A stretch of 64,000 nucleotides of DNA from an uncultured delta proteobacterium. GTDB taxonomy: Bacteria; Desulfobacterota; Binatia; UBA9968. Below the pieces are notes generated by a model. It searched no databases, had not been told where the DNA came from, and was given only the letters and a program-made list of their open reading frames with translations. The translations under genes were made by a program, and so were the position numbers. Positions 49,354 through 58,911 of this stretch are shown piece after piece (position 1 is the stretch's first letter; the number at the start of each line of letters is the position of its first letter). The stretch is taken from assembly GCA_963771465.1 (NCBI GenBank), contig CAVYTU010000010.1:1-64000 (forward strand), written 5' to 3'.

Positions 49354-50139
49354 ATGGCATTGCTTGAACTCCGCGATATCTCGAAACGCTTCGGCGGGCT
49401 GCAGGCGCTGGCGCGCGTGAGCATGGAACTCGAAGAAGGCATGATCGCGTCGCTGATCGGTCCCAACGGCGCCGGTAAGACGACGCTGTTCAATACTTTG
49501 ACCGGACTCTACCAACCAGATGGCGGCGAGATACGTTTTCAAGAGCGGTCGCTTATCGGTATGAAGCCGGACCGGATTACCAGCGCCGGCATCAGCCGGA
49601 CGTTTCAAAACATTCGCTTGTTCTCCCACATGACCGTGCTCGACAACGTGCTGGTCGGCATGCACTCGCGTTTGCACAGCGGGTTGTCCGATATTTTGCT
49701 GGCGTCAAAGGGATTCCACAGCAGCGAAAAGGACGCCCAGCGTAAGGCGATGGCGTTGATCGAGTTGACCGGCCTTGCCGGCCGCGAGCACGAGTGGGCG
49801 CAGCAGCTGTCCTACGGCGAGCAGCGCCGGCTGGAGATCGCCCGCGCGCTGGCGGCGCAGCCGACCCTGTTGCTGCTCGATGAGCCGACGGCGGGTATGA
49901 GCACGAGCGAAGCGCAGTCGTTGATGACGCTCTTTAAAGCACTGCTCGGTAAATACGTCAAAGCGATTCTCTTGATCGAGCATAACATGCGCGTCGTGAT
50001 GGGGATTTCCGATCGTGTTCACGTGCTCGACTACGGCGTGAAAATCGCCGAGGGCTGTCCGGACGAAGTGCGCCAGGATGCGCGCGTCATCGAGGCGTAT
50101 CTGGGCCCAGGATCGTGGCTCGAAAATGCTAAAAGTTAG
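49354..50139 (+). CDS. livG: Branched-chain amino acid ABC ATPase
   Basis: GPNGAGKTT, RTFQNIRLF, LSYGEQRRLEIARALA, LLDEP. Confidence 0.95.
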   Translation: MALLELRDISKRFGGLQALARVSMELEEGMIASLIGPNGAGKTTLFNTLTGLYQPDGGEIRFQERSLIGMKPDRITSAGISRTFQNIRLFSHMTVLDNVLVGMHSRLHSGLSDILLASKGFHSSEKDAQRKAMALIELTGLAGREHEWAQQLSYGEQRRLEIARALAAQPTLLLLDEPTAGMSTSEAQSLMTLFKALLGKYVKAILLIEHNMRVVMGISDRVHVLDYGVKIAEGCPDEVRQDARVIEAYLGPGSWLENAKS

Positions 50140-50827
50140 CGCCATCCACGTTTACTACGGCGCCATCCACGCGCTCAAAGGAGTGTCTTTCAACGTCGAG
50201 CGCGGCGAATTGGTGACGCTCCTCGGCGGCAACGGCGCGGGGAAAACGACCACGCTGAAAACTCTGTCCGGTTTACTGCGGCCACGATTGGGCTCGGTGC
50301 AGCTGGACGGCGCGGCGTTAGAAAAAGTCGCACCCCATGAAATCGTTCGGCGCGGCGTCGCGCACGTGCCTGAAGGCCGAAAAGTTTTTCCGCGTTTCAC
50401 GGTACTGGAAAACTTGCAGATCGGCGGTTACGCGCGTTCGAAGCGCGCGCTTGCGCCGGAGCTGGAGTTTGTCTTGCAAATGTTTCCACGTCTCAAAGAG
50501 CGGCAAAAGCAGTACGCCGGCACGCTCTCCGGCGGCGAGCAGCAGATGCTCGCCATCGGCCGGGCGCTGATGGCAAAACCCAAACTGCTCTTGCTCGACG
50601 AACCATCCATGGGATTGGCGCCCAAGATCGTCGAGCAGATTCTCGAAAATATTCGCGCCATCAACAAGGCCGGCGTGACAGTCTTGCTGGTCGAGCAAAA
50701 CGCCGCCATGGCGCTGGCGATTTCGCATCGAGGCTATGTCTTGGAAACCGGCGCGGTGATTCTTGAAGGCAAGGCCAGTGACTTGGCGGGGAATGATTTA
50801 GTGCGACAGGCTTACTTGGGCGGGTGA
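50126..50827 (+). CDS. livF: Branched-chain amino acid ABC ATPase
   Basis: GGNGAGKTT, VPEGR, LSGGEQQM, LDEPSMGLAP. Confidence 0.95.
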   Translation: MLKVSAIHVYYGAIHALKGVSFNVERGELVTLLGGNGAGKTTTLKTLSGLLRPRLGSVQLDGAALEKVAPHEIVRRGVAHVPEGRKVFPRFTVLENLQIGGYARSKRALAPELEFVLQMFPRLKERQKQYAGTLSGGEQQMLAIGRALMAKPKLLLLDEPSMGLAPKIVEQILENIRAINKAGVTVLLVEQNAAMALAISHRGYVLETGAVILEGKASDLAGNDLVRQAYLGG

Positions 50828-50977
50828 TGGATGGGGAAGAATTGGTCGCAAAGAACGTAAAGAGTGCAAAGTAGAAATTTTGGAATGATTGCTACTCGTT
50901 CCCTACCATCCGTAGATGAAGGCGGATTATCTTCGTGATCTTTAAACGGTCGCGAATAACGGTTACACTCCAACATC

Positions 50978-51697
50978 GTGCAATACCAAACTCGACAGAT
51001 GATCTTCGGCGGCGGTGCGGTGACTCCGGCGGTCAAGTTTTTGCTGATCGTCAACGTCGGGGTGTTTATCCTTCAGACGGTGATTGGCAACTCGTTAGAA
51101 CAGCAGCTCACCTTTTACTTCGGCCTGGTGCCGCCGCTGGTTTTGCAGAATCTCTATCTCTGGCAGCTTTTTACTTACCAGTTTCTGCACGGCGGATTGT
51201 TTCATTTGCTCTTCAACATGCTCGCGGTGTGGATGTTTGGCTGCGATCTGGAACGGCGTTGGGGCAGCAATTTTTTTCTGCGCTATTATTTTATTTCCGC
51301 CATCGGCGGCGGTTTTCTGAACACGGTTTTCTTGCCGAGTCAGATGGGGCCGAGCATCGGTGCGTCAGCCGGCGTGTATGGATTGCTGCTCGCTTACGGA
51401 CTGATCTATCCAACCCGGATCGTTTATTTTTATTTTCTCTTTCCGATCAAGATGAAACATTTCGTATGGATCATCGGCGCCATCGCGTTTTACAATTCGA
51501 TCACGTCAGGCCAAAGCGGCATCGCCCATTTGGCTCACCTGGGCGGCATGGTGTTCGGGTATCTCTATCTGCGCACCGGCAATCCGCTGGATAAATTCAA
51601 AGACTATCTCGACCGCCGCCGGCTCGATCGCTTAAAGAAACGATTTCAAGTGCTTCCAGGCGGCAAGGACGATGAAGGCGGACCGACGGTGCATTAG
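50978..51697 (+). CDS. Rhomboid intramembrane serine protease
   Basis: WQLFTYQFLH, HLLFNM, GASAG, AHLGG. Confidence 0.92.
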   Translation: MQYQTRQMIFGGGAVTPAVKFLLIVNVGVFILQTVIGNSLEQQLTFYFGLVPPLVLQNLYLWQLFTYQFLHGGLFHLLFNMLAVWMFGCDLERRWGSNFFLRYYFISAIGGGFLNTVFLPSQMGPSIGASAGVYGLLLAYGLIYPTRIVYFYFLFPIKMKHFVWIIGAIAFYNSITSGQSGIAHLAHLGGMVFGYLYLRTGNPLDKFKDYLDRRRLDRLKKRFQVLPGGKDDEGGPTVH

Positions 51698-51727
51698 AGT
51701 GCATCTGCCACTGTTGATCCATTTCCC

Positions 51728-52594
51728 TCAAAGTTTCTCCCAAGAGATCAAAAACACACCCAGGATCACCAGCAGCGTGGCGGCGATTTTTCGCGGGGTG
51801 ATTTTCTCCACGTCTTTGAGCAGCAACGCGGACAGCGGCAGGATGAAGAGCGACGAGCCGTTGATCAGCGGCGAGACCAGCGAGACACGTTCCATGCTGA
51901 GAGCGGTGTAGGCAAAGGCGTAGGACAGAAAATTCATAAAGCCGGCGGCGGCGAAGAGTGTAATGCCGGTTGACGCTGAATCCTTCAACGGTTTTTTCTC
52001 CTCAAACAAAAGATAGAGCACTGACATGGTGATTAACGACGTGGTCGCGGCGATGCTCGCGCCGGTCAGCGGCGAGTGGATTTTCAGCAAGCCGAAGCGG
52101 ACCATGTTGTCGCGCGCGGCGAATAGGATGGCGGCAGTAAGAGGAAACAACAGATCGCGGGTGCGCCAAGTTTTCGTCGCGCCCTTCCAAGTGAGCGCGA
52201 CGATGCCGCTGACAATCGAGAACGTGCCGAGAATATTCGTCAGGCTTGGCCGTTCGTCCAGGAACGAGACGGCGAAGATGGTGGCAAAGAGCGGTGTGCT
52301 GTTGGTCAGACACGAAGTAATCGACGCGCCGATGCGTTCCATGCCTTTGAAAATAAAAAAGCGGGCGACGCCGGGTACGAAGACGCCGACCAGGACAAAT
52401 ATCAAATTGGCGGGGCTCCAGAGATCCATACGTTCGGAAAACGCCAGGACGTAGAGCCAAAGAAACAGCGCGTTGACGCCGAGGTTGGTTAAAAGCCCGC
52501 GAAAGTAGTCGATCGCCCAAACGCCTCGATTGATCAGGACCATGGAAACGGCGAAGCACAAGGAGCCAAAAAGGCCGAGTAGAATGGCAAGCAT
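51728..52594 (-). CDS. DMT/EamA family transporter
   Basis: About ten TM helices in two repeats; FLDERP and LKDVEKIT. Confidence 0.88.
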   Translation of the reverse strand: MLAILLGLFGSLCFAVSMVLINRGVWAIDYFRGLLTNLGVNALFLWLYVLAFSERMDLWSPANLIFVLVGVFVPGVARFFIFKGMERIGASITSCLTNSTPLFATIFAVSFLDERPSLTNILGTFSIVSGIVALTWKGATKTWRTRDLLFPLTAAILFAARDNMVRFGLLKIHSPLTGASIAATTSLITMSVLYLLFEEKKPLKDSASTGITLFAAAGFMNFLSYAFAYTALSMERVSLVSPLINGSSLFILPLSALLLKDVEKITPRKIAATLLVILGVFLISWEKL

Positions 52595-52775
52595 GAGGGG
52601 TTGCCGCCGAACTTATCCCGAGGCGGCTGCAGGTTCAATTCGCTGAGCTAAAAAGCTTACGCTCCGGCGTCTCGCTCCGGTCTCCTCGCAGCGATCGCGT
52701 TAAGAATTTGCGCTCTCGAACGTCTAACTTAGGTCCAGTGGGCCAATGCTCTGGTGCTCGAATGACGAGGGCAAA

Positions 52776-53216
52776 ATGAGACAAATTTTATCCGCTGCAG
52801 TCATTCTCGCCATTGTGGCGTTTATTGCCGGCGAGCTCCGCGCTGATGGTCGGCAATTCAATTCGCGAACACAAACCAGTCTTGGGCCGGCGCTGGTCGG
52901 CGGACCTGGTGCCATCAGGGCCGGGGAGCGGCGTAATTTTCGTGCCGTTAAGCCAAGCCGTTTTCACTACTACGTTCCGGGTAATTATTATCAGCCGTAC
53001 TACCCGCAGGTGATCGTGATTTCGCCGTACGCTCCTACTTACGTGCCGGCGCCGACGGTGGTGGTTACTTCGCCTTTTTTCTGCGTGCTCCACAATGAAG
53101 GCTGGGTGAGCCGAATCGGCTTGCTTGACCATCTATCTGGGATGCACAAAATTCCCCTCGACGCTGCGGCCAATCTGTGTCCCGACGGCACCAGCTGCAT
53201 TTTTCCGTCCTATTAG
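52776..53216 (+). CDS. Exported hypothetical protein with Tyr/Pro-rich linker and C-terminal Cys/His cluster
   Basis: GAGG SD; signal peptide LRA-D; FFCVLH...HLSGMH...C...C. Confidence 0.7.
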   Translation: MRQILSAAVILAIVAFIAGELRADGRQFNSRTQTSLGPALVGGPGAIRAGERRNFRAVKPSRFHYYVPGNYYQPYYPQVIVISPYAPTYVPAPTVVVTSPFFCVLHNEGWVSRIGLLDHLSGMHKIPLDAAANLCPDGTSCIFPSY

Positions 53217-53327
53217 ACTCATACGTCGCCGCTTGCCGTCGCTTGGAGTTTCCAGCGCAGCGGTGCTTTCTAGTTCGTCGCCGTTCCGATATATTTCTGA
53301 GGGTAGCGCTTCAGCGGCGCCGTTTTT

Positions 53328-54725
53328 ATGAATGACCTTGCTCAAAAGCTCGCTGCCGTTATCGACCCCGCACGCATTTCCGTCGATGCGGCAGGGCTCG
53401 ACGATTTGTCGTGGGATGCGCTGAGCGAGGGGCGGATTCATCCGCGGCACCGGCCGCCATTAGCCGCGCCGCTCTGCGCGGTGACGCCGGTTTCTACCGA
53501 TGAAGTACAGCGAGTGGTGCGCTTTGCCAATGCTGAACGGGTGCCGATCGTGCCCTTTGGCGGCGGCTCGGGTCTGATGGGTGGCGCGTTGTCGATCCAG
53601 CCGAGTATCGTGGTCGATCTGCGCAGCATGAATCGCCTGCTAGAAATTGATACGACCTCGCGCTCGGCGCGCGCGCAGGCCGGCCTGGTTTTAGAATCGC
53701 TGGACAAGGAGCTAAACCAAGCGGGCTACATTTTGGGCCATGATCCCTGGACCGTGCCGGTGGCGACCGTCGGCGGCGCGATCTCGACCAACAGCGTCGG
53801 CTACCGCGCGGGAATTTACGGTTCCATGGGCGAACAGGTTTTGGCATTGACCGCCGTATTGCCCAATGGCGAGATTCTCAGTACGCGCGCGGTATCGAAA
53901 CATTCCGCCGGGATTCATCTCAATTCTCTTCTGATCGGCGGCGAAGGATGTTTCGGTATTATCACCGAAGCGACGCTGAGGATTTTCTCCCAGCCGGAGA
54001 CACGCTTGATTGGCGGCTATGGCTTCCCTTCGTTCGAGGTCGGATACGCGGCGATCCAAAAAATATTTCAGCAGCGGCTCCGTCCGGCCATGCTCGACTT
54101 CGGCGACGATCAAGAAAAACATGAAGCTGGCGCGATTCTCTATCTCGTTTTTGAAGGAAATGCCGCGCTGGTCACCGTCGAAGAAAAGTTGGCGGCGGCA
54201 ATCTGCCTGGAACATGGCGGCACAAATTTGCCCAGCGCAGACGCTGAAGGATTCTGGCATGATCGTCACGAAATCGCTCGGCGCTTTGCCCAGAACCGCC
54301 GCCAGCGGCGCGAGCGTGGACGGGATGGGATTTATCGCGATTGGATTCACGTCGCCTTACCGATCTCCCAGGTGTTACCTTTCCGCAAAGCCGCACAGGC
54401 CGTGATCAAACGTCACGGCGTGCGTTTGCAGGAGAGCGGCTTGTGGGTGCAGCCGGAACTTTTCTCCATGCGTCTGGGCAGCGAGGACGACGGGACAGCC
54501 AATGCCCAGCTCGCTTTGGAAGAAGCGATCGAAGAATTGTTACGTTTGGTGCAGCAGATGGGCGGCTCGATGGAATATACCCACGGCGTCGGCGTGAAAT
54601 TGGCGCCGCTGATGGCCAATGAGCATGGCTATGGTTTGGAAGTCATGCGCCAAATCAAGCGAACGCTGGATCCCAACAATATTATGAACCCAGGGAAAAT
54701 GGGACTTGGATTCAACTCAGCTTGA
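53328..54725 (+). CDS. FAD-binding oxidoreductase, VAO/PCMH family (GlcD/alkyl-DHAP synthase-like)
   Basis: PFGGGSG, ATVGGAI, GGEGCFGIIT, HGVG, LDPNNIMNPGK. Confidence 0.9.
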   Translation: MNDLAQKLAAVIDPARISVDAAGLDDLSWDALSEGRIHPRHRPPLAAPLCAVTPVSTDEVQRVVRFANAERVPIVPFGGGSGLMGGALSIQPSIVVDLRSMNRLLEIDTTSRSARAQAGLVLESLDKELNQAGYILGHDPWTVPVATVGGAISTNSVGYRAGIYGSMGEQVLALTAVLPNGEILSTRAVSKHSAGIHLNSLLIGGEGCFGIITEATLRIFSQPETRLIGGYGFPSFEVGYAAIQKIFQQRLRPAMLDFGDDQEKHEAGAILYLVFEGNAALVTVEEKLAAAICLEHGGTNLPSADAEGFWHDRHEIARRFAQNRRQRRERGRDGIYRDWIHVALPISQVLPFRKAAQAVIKRHGVRLQESGLWVQPELFSMRLGSEDDGTANAQLALEEAIEELLRLVQQMGGSMEYTHGVGVKLAPLMANEHGYGLEVMRQIKRTLDPNNIMNPGKMGLGFNSA

Positions 54726-54829
54726 GATCGCCTTCGTTGAATTCGGTGCATTGCTTAGCGAACTTTTGAACGTTAGAATTTTTGTATCGCTGGCTAATCC
54801 TGCTTGCCGCTATCGGTCGCTCGGTGCCT

Positions 54830-56032
54830 ATGAAAAATATTATCTGGCAATTTCTCATTATAGGGTTAATCGCTGGCTGCTCCTCCGCCCCCTACACGGG
54901 ACGGAGCCAATTAATCGTCGTCTCTGAAGGGCAGGAAGCGGCGCTGGGCGACGACGCCTATCGCCACGTGTTGCGTGACAGCGTCGTTACCCGAGCGTCG
55001 GATGCCGAGCGGATCGTGCGCAAAGTCGGCGAGCGCATCGCTGCCGCGGCCAATAAGCCGGAATACAAATGGGAATTCACAGTTATCAACGATCCGGAAA
55101 CCGTTAACGCATTCGCTGTGCCTGGTGGCAAGGTTGCCGTTTATACCGGTATCTTCGGCCCGGCGCGGGATGAAGCCGGCTTGGCTGTGGTATTGGGTCA
55201 TGAAGTCGCTCACGCGCTGGCGCGCCATCCGGCGGAGCGAATGAGCCAGGGGTTGCTGCTGCAACTTGGCGGTGTCGGCCTCGGCGTCGCTCTCGGGCGA
55301 AATCCCGCGGTGGCCAATCAAATTTTACAAGTTTACGGCATTGGCGCGGGGGTTGGCGTGGCTTTGCCGTTTGGCCGGGCGCAAGAAACCGAAGCGGATC
55401 GGATCGGCCTGATATTGATGGCAAAAGCGGGCTACGACCCACGTGTGGCGCTCGATCTGTGGGAACGCATGGAAAAAAAAGAAGGCAGCAAAGGCGCGCC
55501 GCCGGAGTTTCTCTCAACTCATCCGGGCTATGAAACGCGCATTTCCCAATTGCGATCTTTTCTGCCGGAAGCGCTGAATTATTTTCAAGCGAGCGCGGCT
55601 CGGGTCGAATCGCTTCCAACAGCGGAGTCGCTCGATACGCCGGCGGCGAAATCGGAGCGCGAGCTATTGAAACGAGTGGAGGCGATCAACCGCTTTGTCG
55701 CCGAACAGAGCGGCGAGCGTTCCGTGGTCGAAGCGCTGTCCCATGAACTGCGTCTTAATCCGCAGGTGATCGTGCAAGAGCGGCAAAAACTTCAAGTCGG
55801 ATATGGTCAATACGCAGCCATGCGCGGTCTTGCCTATCTCGGGCGCGGCTCGATCAATCGCATCGTCGATGACTACCAACGCGGCCGAGCGTGGTCGGAG
55901 ATCACGAGCGCCAACGGTGGTCGAGTCAACGAGTTGATAGTATGGATTGGCGACGTCATTCGAACGACCAACAGCCTGGCCCGCCAGCAACGGAATCAAC
56001 TGCAAAATCCATATCAGCGCCTCCGTCCGTAA
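54830..56032 (+). CDS. M48 family Zn-metallopeptidase lipoprotein with C-terminal helical extension
   Basis: Lipobox IAGC; NAFAVPGG, HEVAH, QETEAD, FLSTHP. Confidence 0.92.
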   Translation: MKNIIWQFLIIGLIAGCSSAPYTGRSQLIVVSEGQEAALGDDAYRHVLRDSVVTRASDAERIVRKVGERIAAAANKPEYKWEFTVINDPETVNAFAVPGGKVAVYTGIFGPARDEAGLAVVLGHEVAHALARHPAERMSQGLLLQLGGVGLGVALGRNPAVANQILQVYGIGAGVGVALPFGRAQETEADRIGLILMAKAGYDPRVALDLWERMEKKEGSKGAPPEFLSTHPGYETRISQLRSFLPEALNYFQASAARVESLPTAESLDTPAAKSERELLKRVEAINRFVAEQSGERSVVEALSHELRLNPQVIVQERQKLQVGYGQYAAMRGLAYLGRGSINRIVDDYQRGRAWSEITSANGGRVNELIVWIGDVIRTTNSLARQQRNQLQNPYQRLRP

Positions 56033-56228
56033 ATCGTTTCGGTATGGGGAATCGCTTTCTCCCCCTCTTTTTTCGGCGCCGAAAGTGCGAGAAATTGGGG
56101 CGCAAATTGGGTCGCAAAATGCTTTGACATCGCGTCAGAATACATATAAGTATCTACACAGAGGGTTTTAGTCCGGGTGAGTAAAAAACCAATCACACAA
56201 TCCATTGCGATCCGCATTCTTGCTTTAG

Positions 56229-56261
56229 AAATGCACCCAACTGGGTGCATTTTTTTGTTTT
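56229..56261 (+). terminator. Terminator-like hairpin in the leader of the zinc-ribbon gene
   Basis: AAATGCACCCA-AC-TGGGTGCATTTTTTTGTTTT. Confidence 0.6.
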
Positions 56262-56278
56262 AACGGGGGGATTCGAAG

Positions 56279-56992
56279 TTGCACGCACAAATCGAGATTT
56301 TAGCGTCGCTGCAAACCGTCGATCGAGAGATCAAAGAACAGACCGGTCTCAAACAGGGCTTACTCACTGAACTCCAGGCGAAAGAAAAGGAAATTCAGAC
56401 GAAGAAACGCGAGATCGGTCTATTGACCGCCGCCTGCGCCGAGAAAGAAAAACTGCGGCTGGAAAAAGATCGGGTGCTTCAAGATGAAGGGCGCAAGGCG
56501 ACGGATAAACGGATGCGCATGAACCGCATCAAAAATATCAAGGAGCTGCAAGCCTTGCAGCGTGAGATTGAGCAGATGCGCGAGAGTAACGGCGATCTCG
56601 AAGAAGAGCTGATCAAGGTCATGCAAGATATTGACGCGTTGAAAGCACAGATGCAGACCAAGGAAAGCGAAATGGCCGCCATGCGCGAAGAATGGGGAAA
56701 CAAACAGCGCGAGCTTGAGACGCAAATCAGCGGTATTGATCAATCGGTCTCGGCAGCCGCAAGCCGGCGTCAGACCATCGCCTCGCAGGTGACCGGCGAC
56801 TTGATTTCGCGCTACGAATTGATTTTTTCGCGCCGCGGCGGCATGGCCGTGGTGGAAGTCGCCGCCGGCATTTGCCAAGGCTGCTATATGAACATACCGC
56901 CGCAATTGAGCAACGAGATCAGCCGAAGCGACAAGGTTCATCTCTGTCCCAGCTGCCAACGCATTCTCTACATCAAGCCAGCTACGCAGTAA
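56279..56992 (+). CDS. Coiled-coil C4 zinc-ribbon protein (DUF164/CT398-like)
   Basis: Long coiled coil; CQGC...CPSCQRIL; TTG start. Confidence 0.9.
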   Translation: MHAQIEILASLQTVDREIKEQTGLKQGLLTELQAKEKEIQTKKREIGLLTAACAEKEKLRLEKDRVLQDEGRKATDKRMRMNRIKNIKELQALQREIEQMRESNGDLEEELIKVMQDIDALKAQMQTKESEMAAMREEWGNKQRELETQISGIDQSVSAAASRRQTIASQVTGDLISRYELIFSRRGGMAVVEVAAGICQGCYMNIPPQLSNEISRSDKVHLCPSCQRILYIKPATQ

Positions 56993-57113
56993 GCGAATCC
57001 GCGGCTGGTAAGCGAGGCGTTTCACGACCTATCCGTGCGCGTAAAGTCACTGCAAGTATATCCACTCGGCGGGCGACGACGGCGCTGAAAATTCCTAAAG
57101 AATAATTTCCCCG

Positions 57114-57506
57114 TTGATCGACGTGACGCCGTGGGTCAAGCAAGATTTGGCGCAGGACCAAGAAGAATGGCTGCTGATGGGCAATGGCGCCGCGCGCGGC
57201 AATCCCGGTGATGCTGCTTGCGGCGCAGCGATCCGCGATGAAACCGACGCGCTGGTCAAGGGCCAGCCACTCGGCCGCAAAAGTATTCGCGGGTAAGGCG
57301 ACTTTCAGCTTCTCGTGCGGCACTTGAACGGCAAATACCCCGTCAAAGATCAAAAGCTCAGGATACTTTATCTGCGCGCGCAGACTTTGTTGCGCCGGTT
57401 CGACTCCTATCGTATGGTTCATGTCTATCGCGAGATGAACGAAGTTGCCGATCGATTGGTCAATCACGGCATTGACGACGCGATGGGGAGAAACAGCACG
57501 GGCTAA
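57114..57506 (+). pseudogene. rnhA: Ribonuclease HI pseudogene
   Basis: GAARGNPG, LLVRHLNGKYPVK and HVYREMNEVADRL in one frame with an internal TAA at 57294; TNN.AE helix missing. Confidence 0.82.
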
Positions 57507-57868
57507 AGTGGATTAAGCGATCGCGCTCGCGTTTCGGCGCGGGGGAGGAAAGTCCGGACTCCACAGGACAGGGTGGCCGTTAACGGCGGCCCCGAGGAAT
57601 CGGGGGAAAGTACCACAGAAAACATACCGCCTGCCGCTTCGGCGGCCGGTAAGGTTGAAAAGGCGAGGTAAGAGCTCACCGGTTCACCAGTGATGGTGGA
57701 CGCATGGCAAACCCCACCCGGAGCAAGGCCAAATAGGAGGGTTGGGTGGTCCGCCCATAGCCCTCGGGTATGGTCGCTCGACTCCTCGAGCAATCGAGGA
57801 GCAAGATGAATGATCGCTGTGATTCTGAACTACGAGTCACGACAGAATCCGGCTTACCGATCCACTTT
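57505..57868 (+). ncRNA. rnpB: RNase P RNA, bacterial type A
   Basis: GAGGAAAGTCCGG, ACAGAAA, GGTAAGAGC, GGCAAACCCC, GAGCAAGGCCAAATAG, ACAGAATCCGGCTTA; P1 AAAGTGGAT/ATCCACTTT. Confidence 0.97.
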
Positions 57869-57870
57869 AG

Positions 57871-58135
57871 CCCGAACGTTTCTCCGCGATTTGCGATCTT
57901 ATCTGTGCGCAATCTTGCCGCGTCGATGCGATGGGCTCCTGAAGTCAGTTCATTGAGATTTAAATCTCAATTAACTGCCGTTCAAGAAGGCATTGTCATC
58001 GCTATCCGGCGGAACATTCGCCTTTCATCCGCACGACTCAGGCAAGCTGACTTCGCATCCGTAGAGTACGGTGTCTTAACTCCAGGCTGGTGCGTTGCAC
58101 AGTCTGTAAAGTTACTCCAATCGCGGAATCCCGGG
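57871..58135. mobile_element. MITE-like element, degenerate copy 2 (265 bp)
   Basis: 58041-58135 aligns by eye with 42079-42175; ends CCCGA / CCGGG; flanks TTTAG / TTTAA. Confidence 0.65.
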
Positions 58136-58323
58136 TTTAATGCCGAAATCCAACGATTTTTGATTTGCGGCAACATTTCTCTCTTGTCCTTCACGTTCTC
58201 GTTGAGAGTGCATTCAGGATGAATCCATCGAATGGACTCATGCACAGAAATTTGCAGTTTCGCCTATCGCTTACGCCTCACGCCCAAATTGTGAAAAAAC
58301 CTTGGGAAATTGAATCATTTATA

Positions 58324-58376
58324 TTGACAGGTGGTAGAGAGGAAGCTATAAGTGGCGACTAGTGGGAAAAAATGGG
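58324..58376 (+). promoter_or_regulatory. Sigma70 promoter of the dcw cluster with candidate MraZ boxes
   Basis: TTGACA-17 nt-TATAAG; TGGC/TGGG/TGGG at 58353, 58363, 58373 (10-bp period, as known for MraZ operators). Confidence 0.8.
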
Positions 58377-58416
58377 ATAGAGCGTTCTAAAATTGGCTAT
58401 CCTAGCAACGGAATCC

Positions 58417-58869
58417 ATGTTTCGTGGCAGCTTTGAACATACTCTCGATAGCAAGGGACGGCTTAGCGTTCCGGCGAGGTTTCGTGATGTGCTGATCGGC
58501 AAGGGTGACGATCGCATCGTCATGACCAATTTCGTCATCGATGGGCAGCGCTGTCTCGATGTTTATCCGATCGATGCTTGGCTCAGATTCGAAGACGAGG
58601 TTCGCAAAAAACCAAAGTTCGATCCGCGTATGATGAGCTTTCAAAATTATTATCTCAGTTCAGCTTGCGAATGCAGCCTCGATACGCACGGGCGGATTCT
58701 GATTCCGCCGGTGCTGAGGAAATACGCCGATCTCAAACGCGACATCATTTTGGTTTCGGCACTGGAAAAGTTTCGCGTCTGGGATCAAGAGGCGTGGAAG
58801 AAGATTTTCGTCGAAGCGGAAGACAAGGTGATGCAGGATCCGGATTTCCTTGGGGACTTGGGATTGTAA
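58417..58869 (+). CDS. mraZ: Transcriptional repressor MraZ
   Basis: MFRG....LDSKGRLSVP, LDTHGRILIP. Confidence 0.96.
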   Translation: MFRGSFEHTLDSKGRLSVPARFRDVLIGKGDDRIVMTNFVIDGQRCLDVYPIDAWLRFEDEVRKKPKFDPRMMSFQNYYLSSACECSLDTHGRILIPPVLRKYADLKRDIILVSALEKFRVWDQEAWKKIFVEAEDKVMQDPDFLGDLGL

Positions 58870-58911
58870 CAGAGCCGTAGGCGGTGGTCGGCTGCGAGAG
58901 GGGGAATAAAT

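Noticed and set aside
57503-57912. ORFs antisense to rnpB
   Set aside because: Spurious translations of the RNase P RNA gene
57770-58362. Short ORFs between rnpB and mraZ
   Set aside because: They overlap rnpB, the degenerate repeat element or the promoter; no protein motifs
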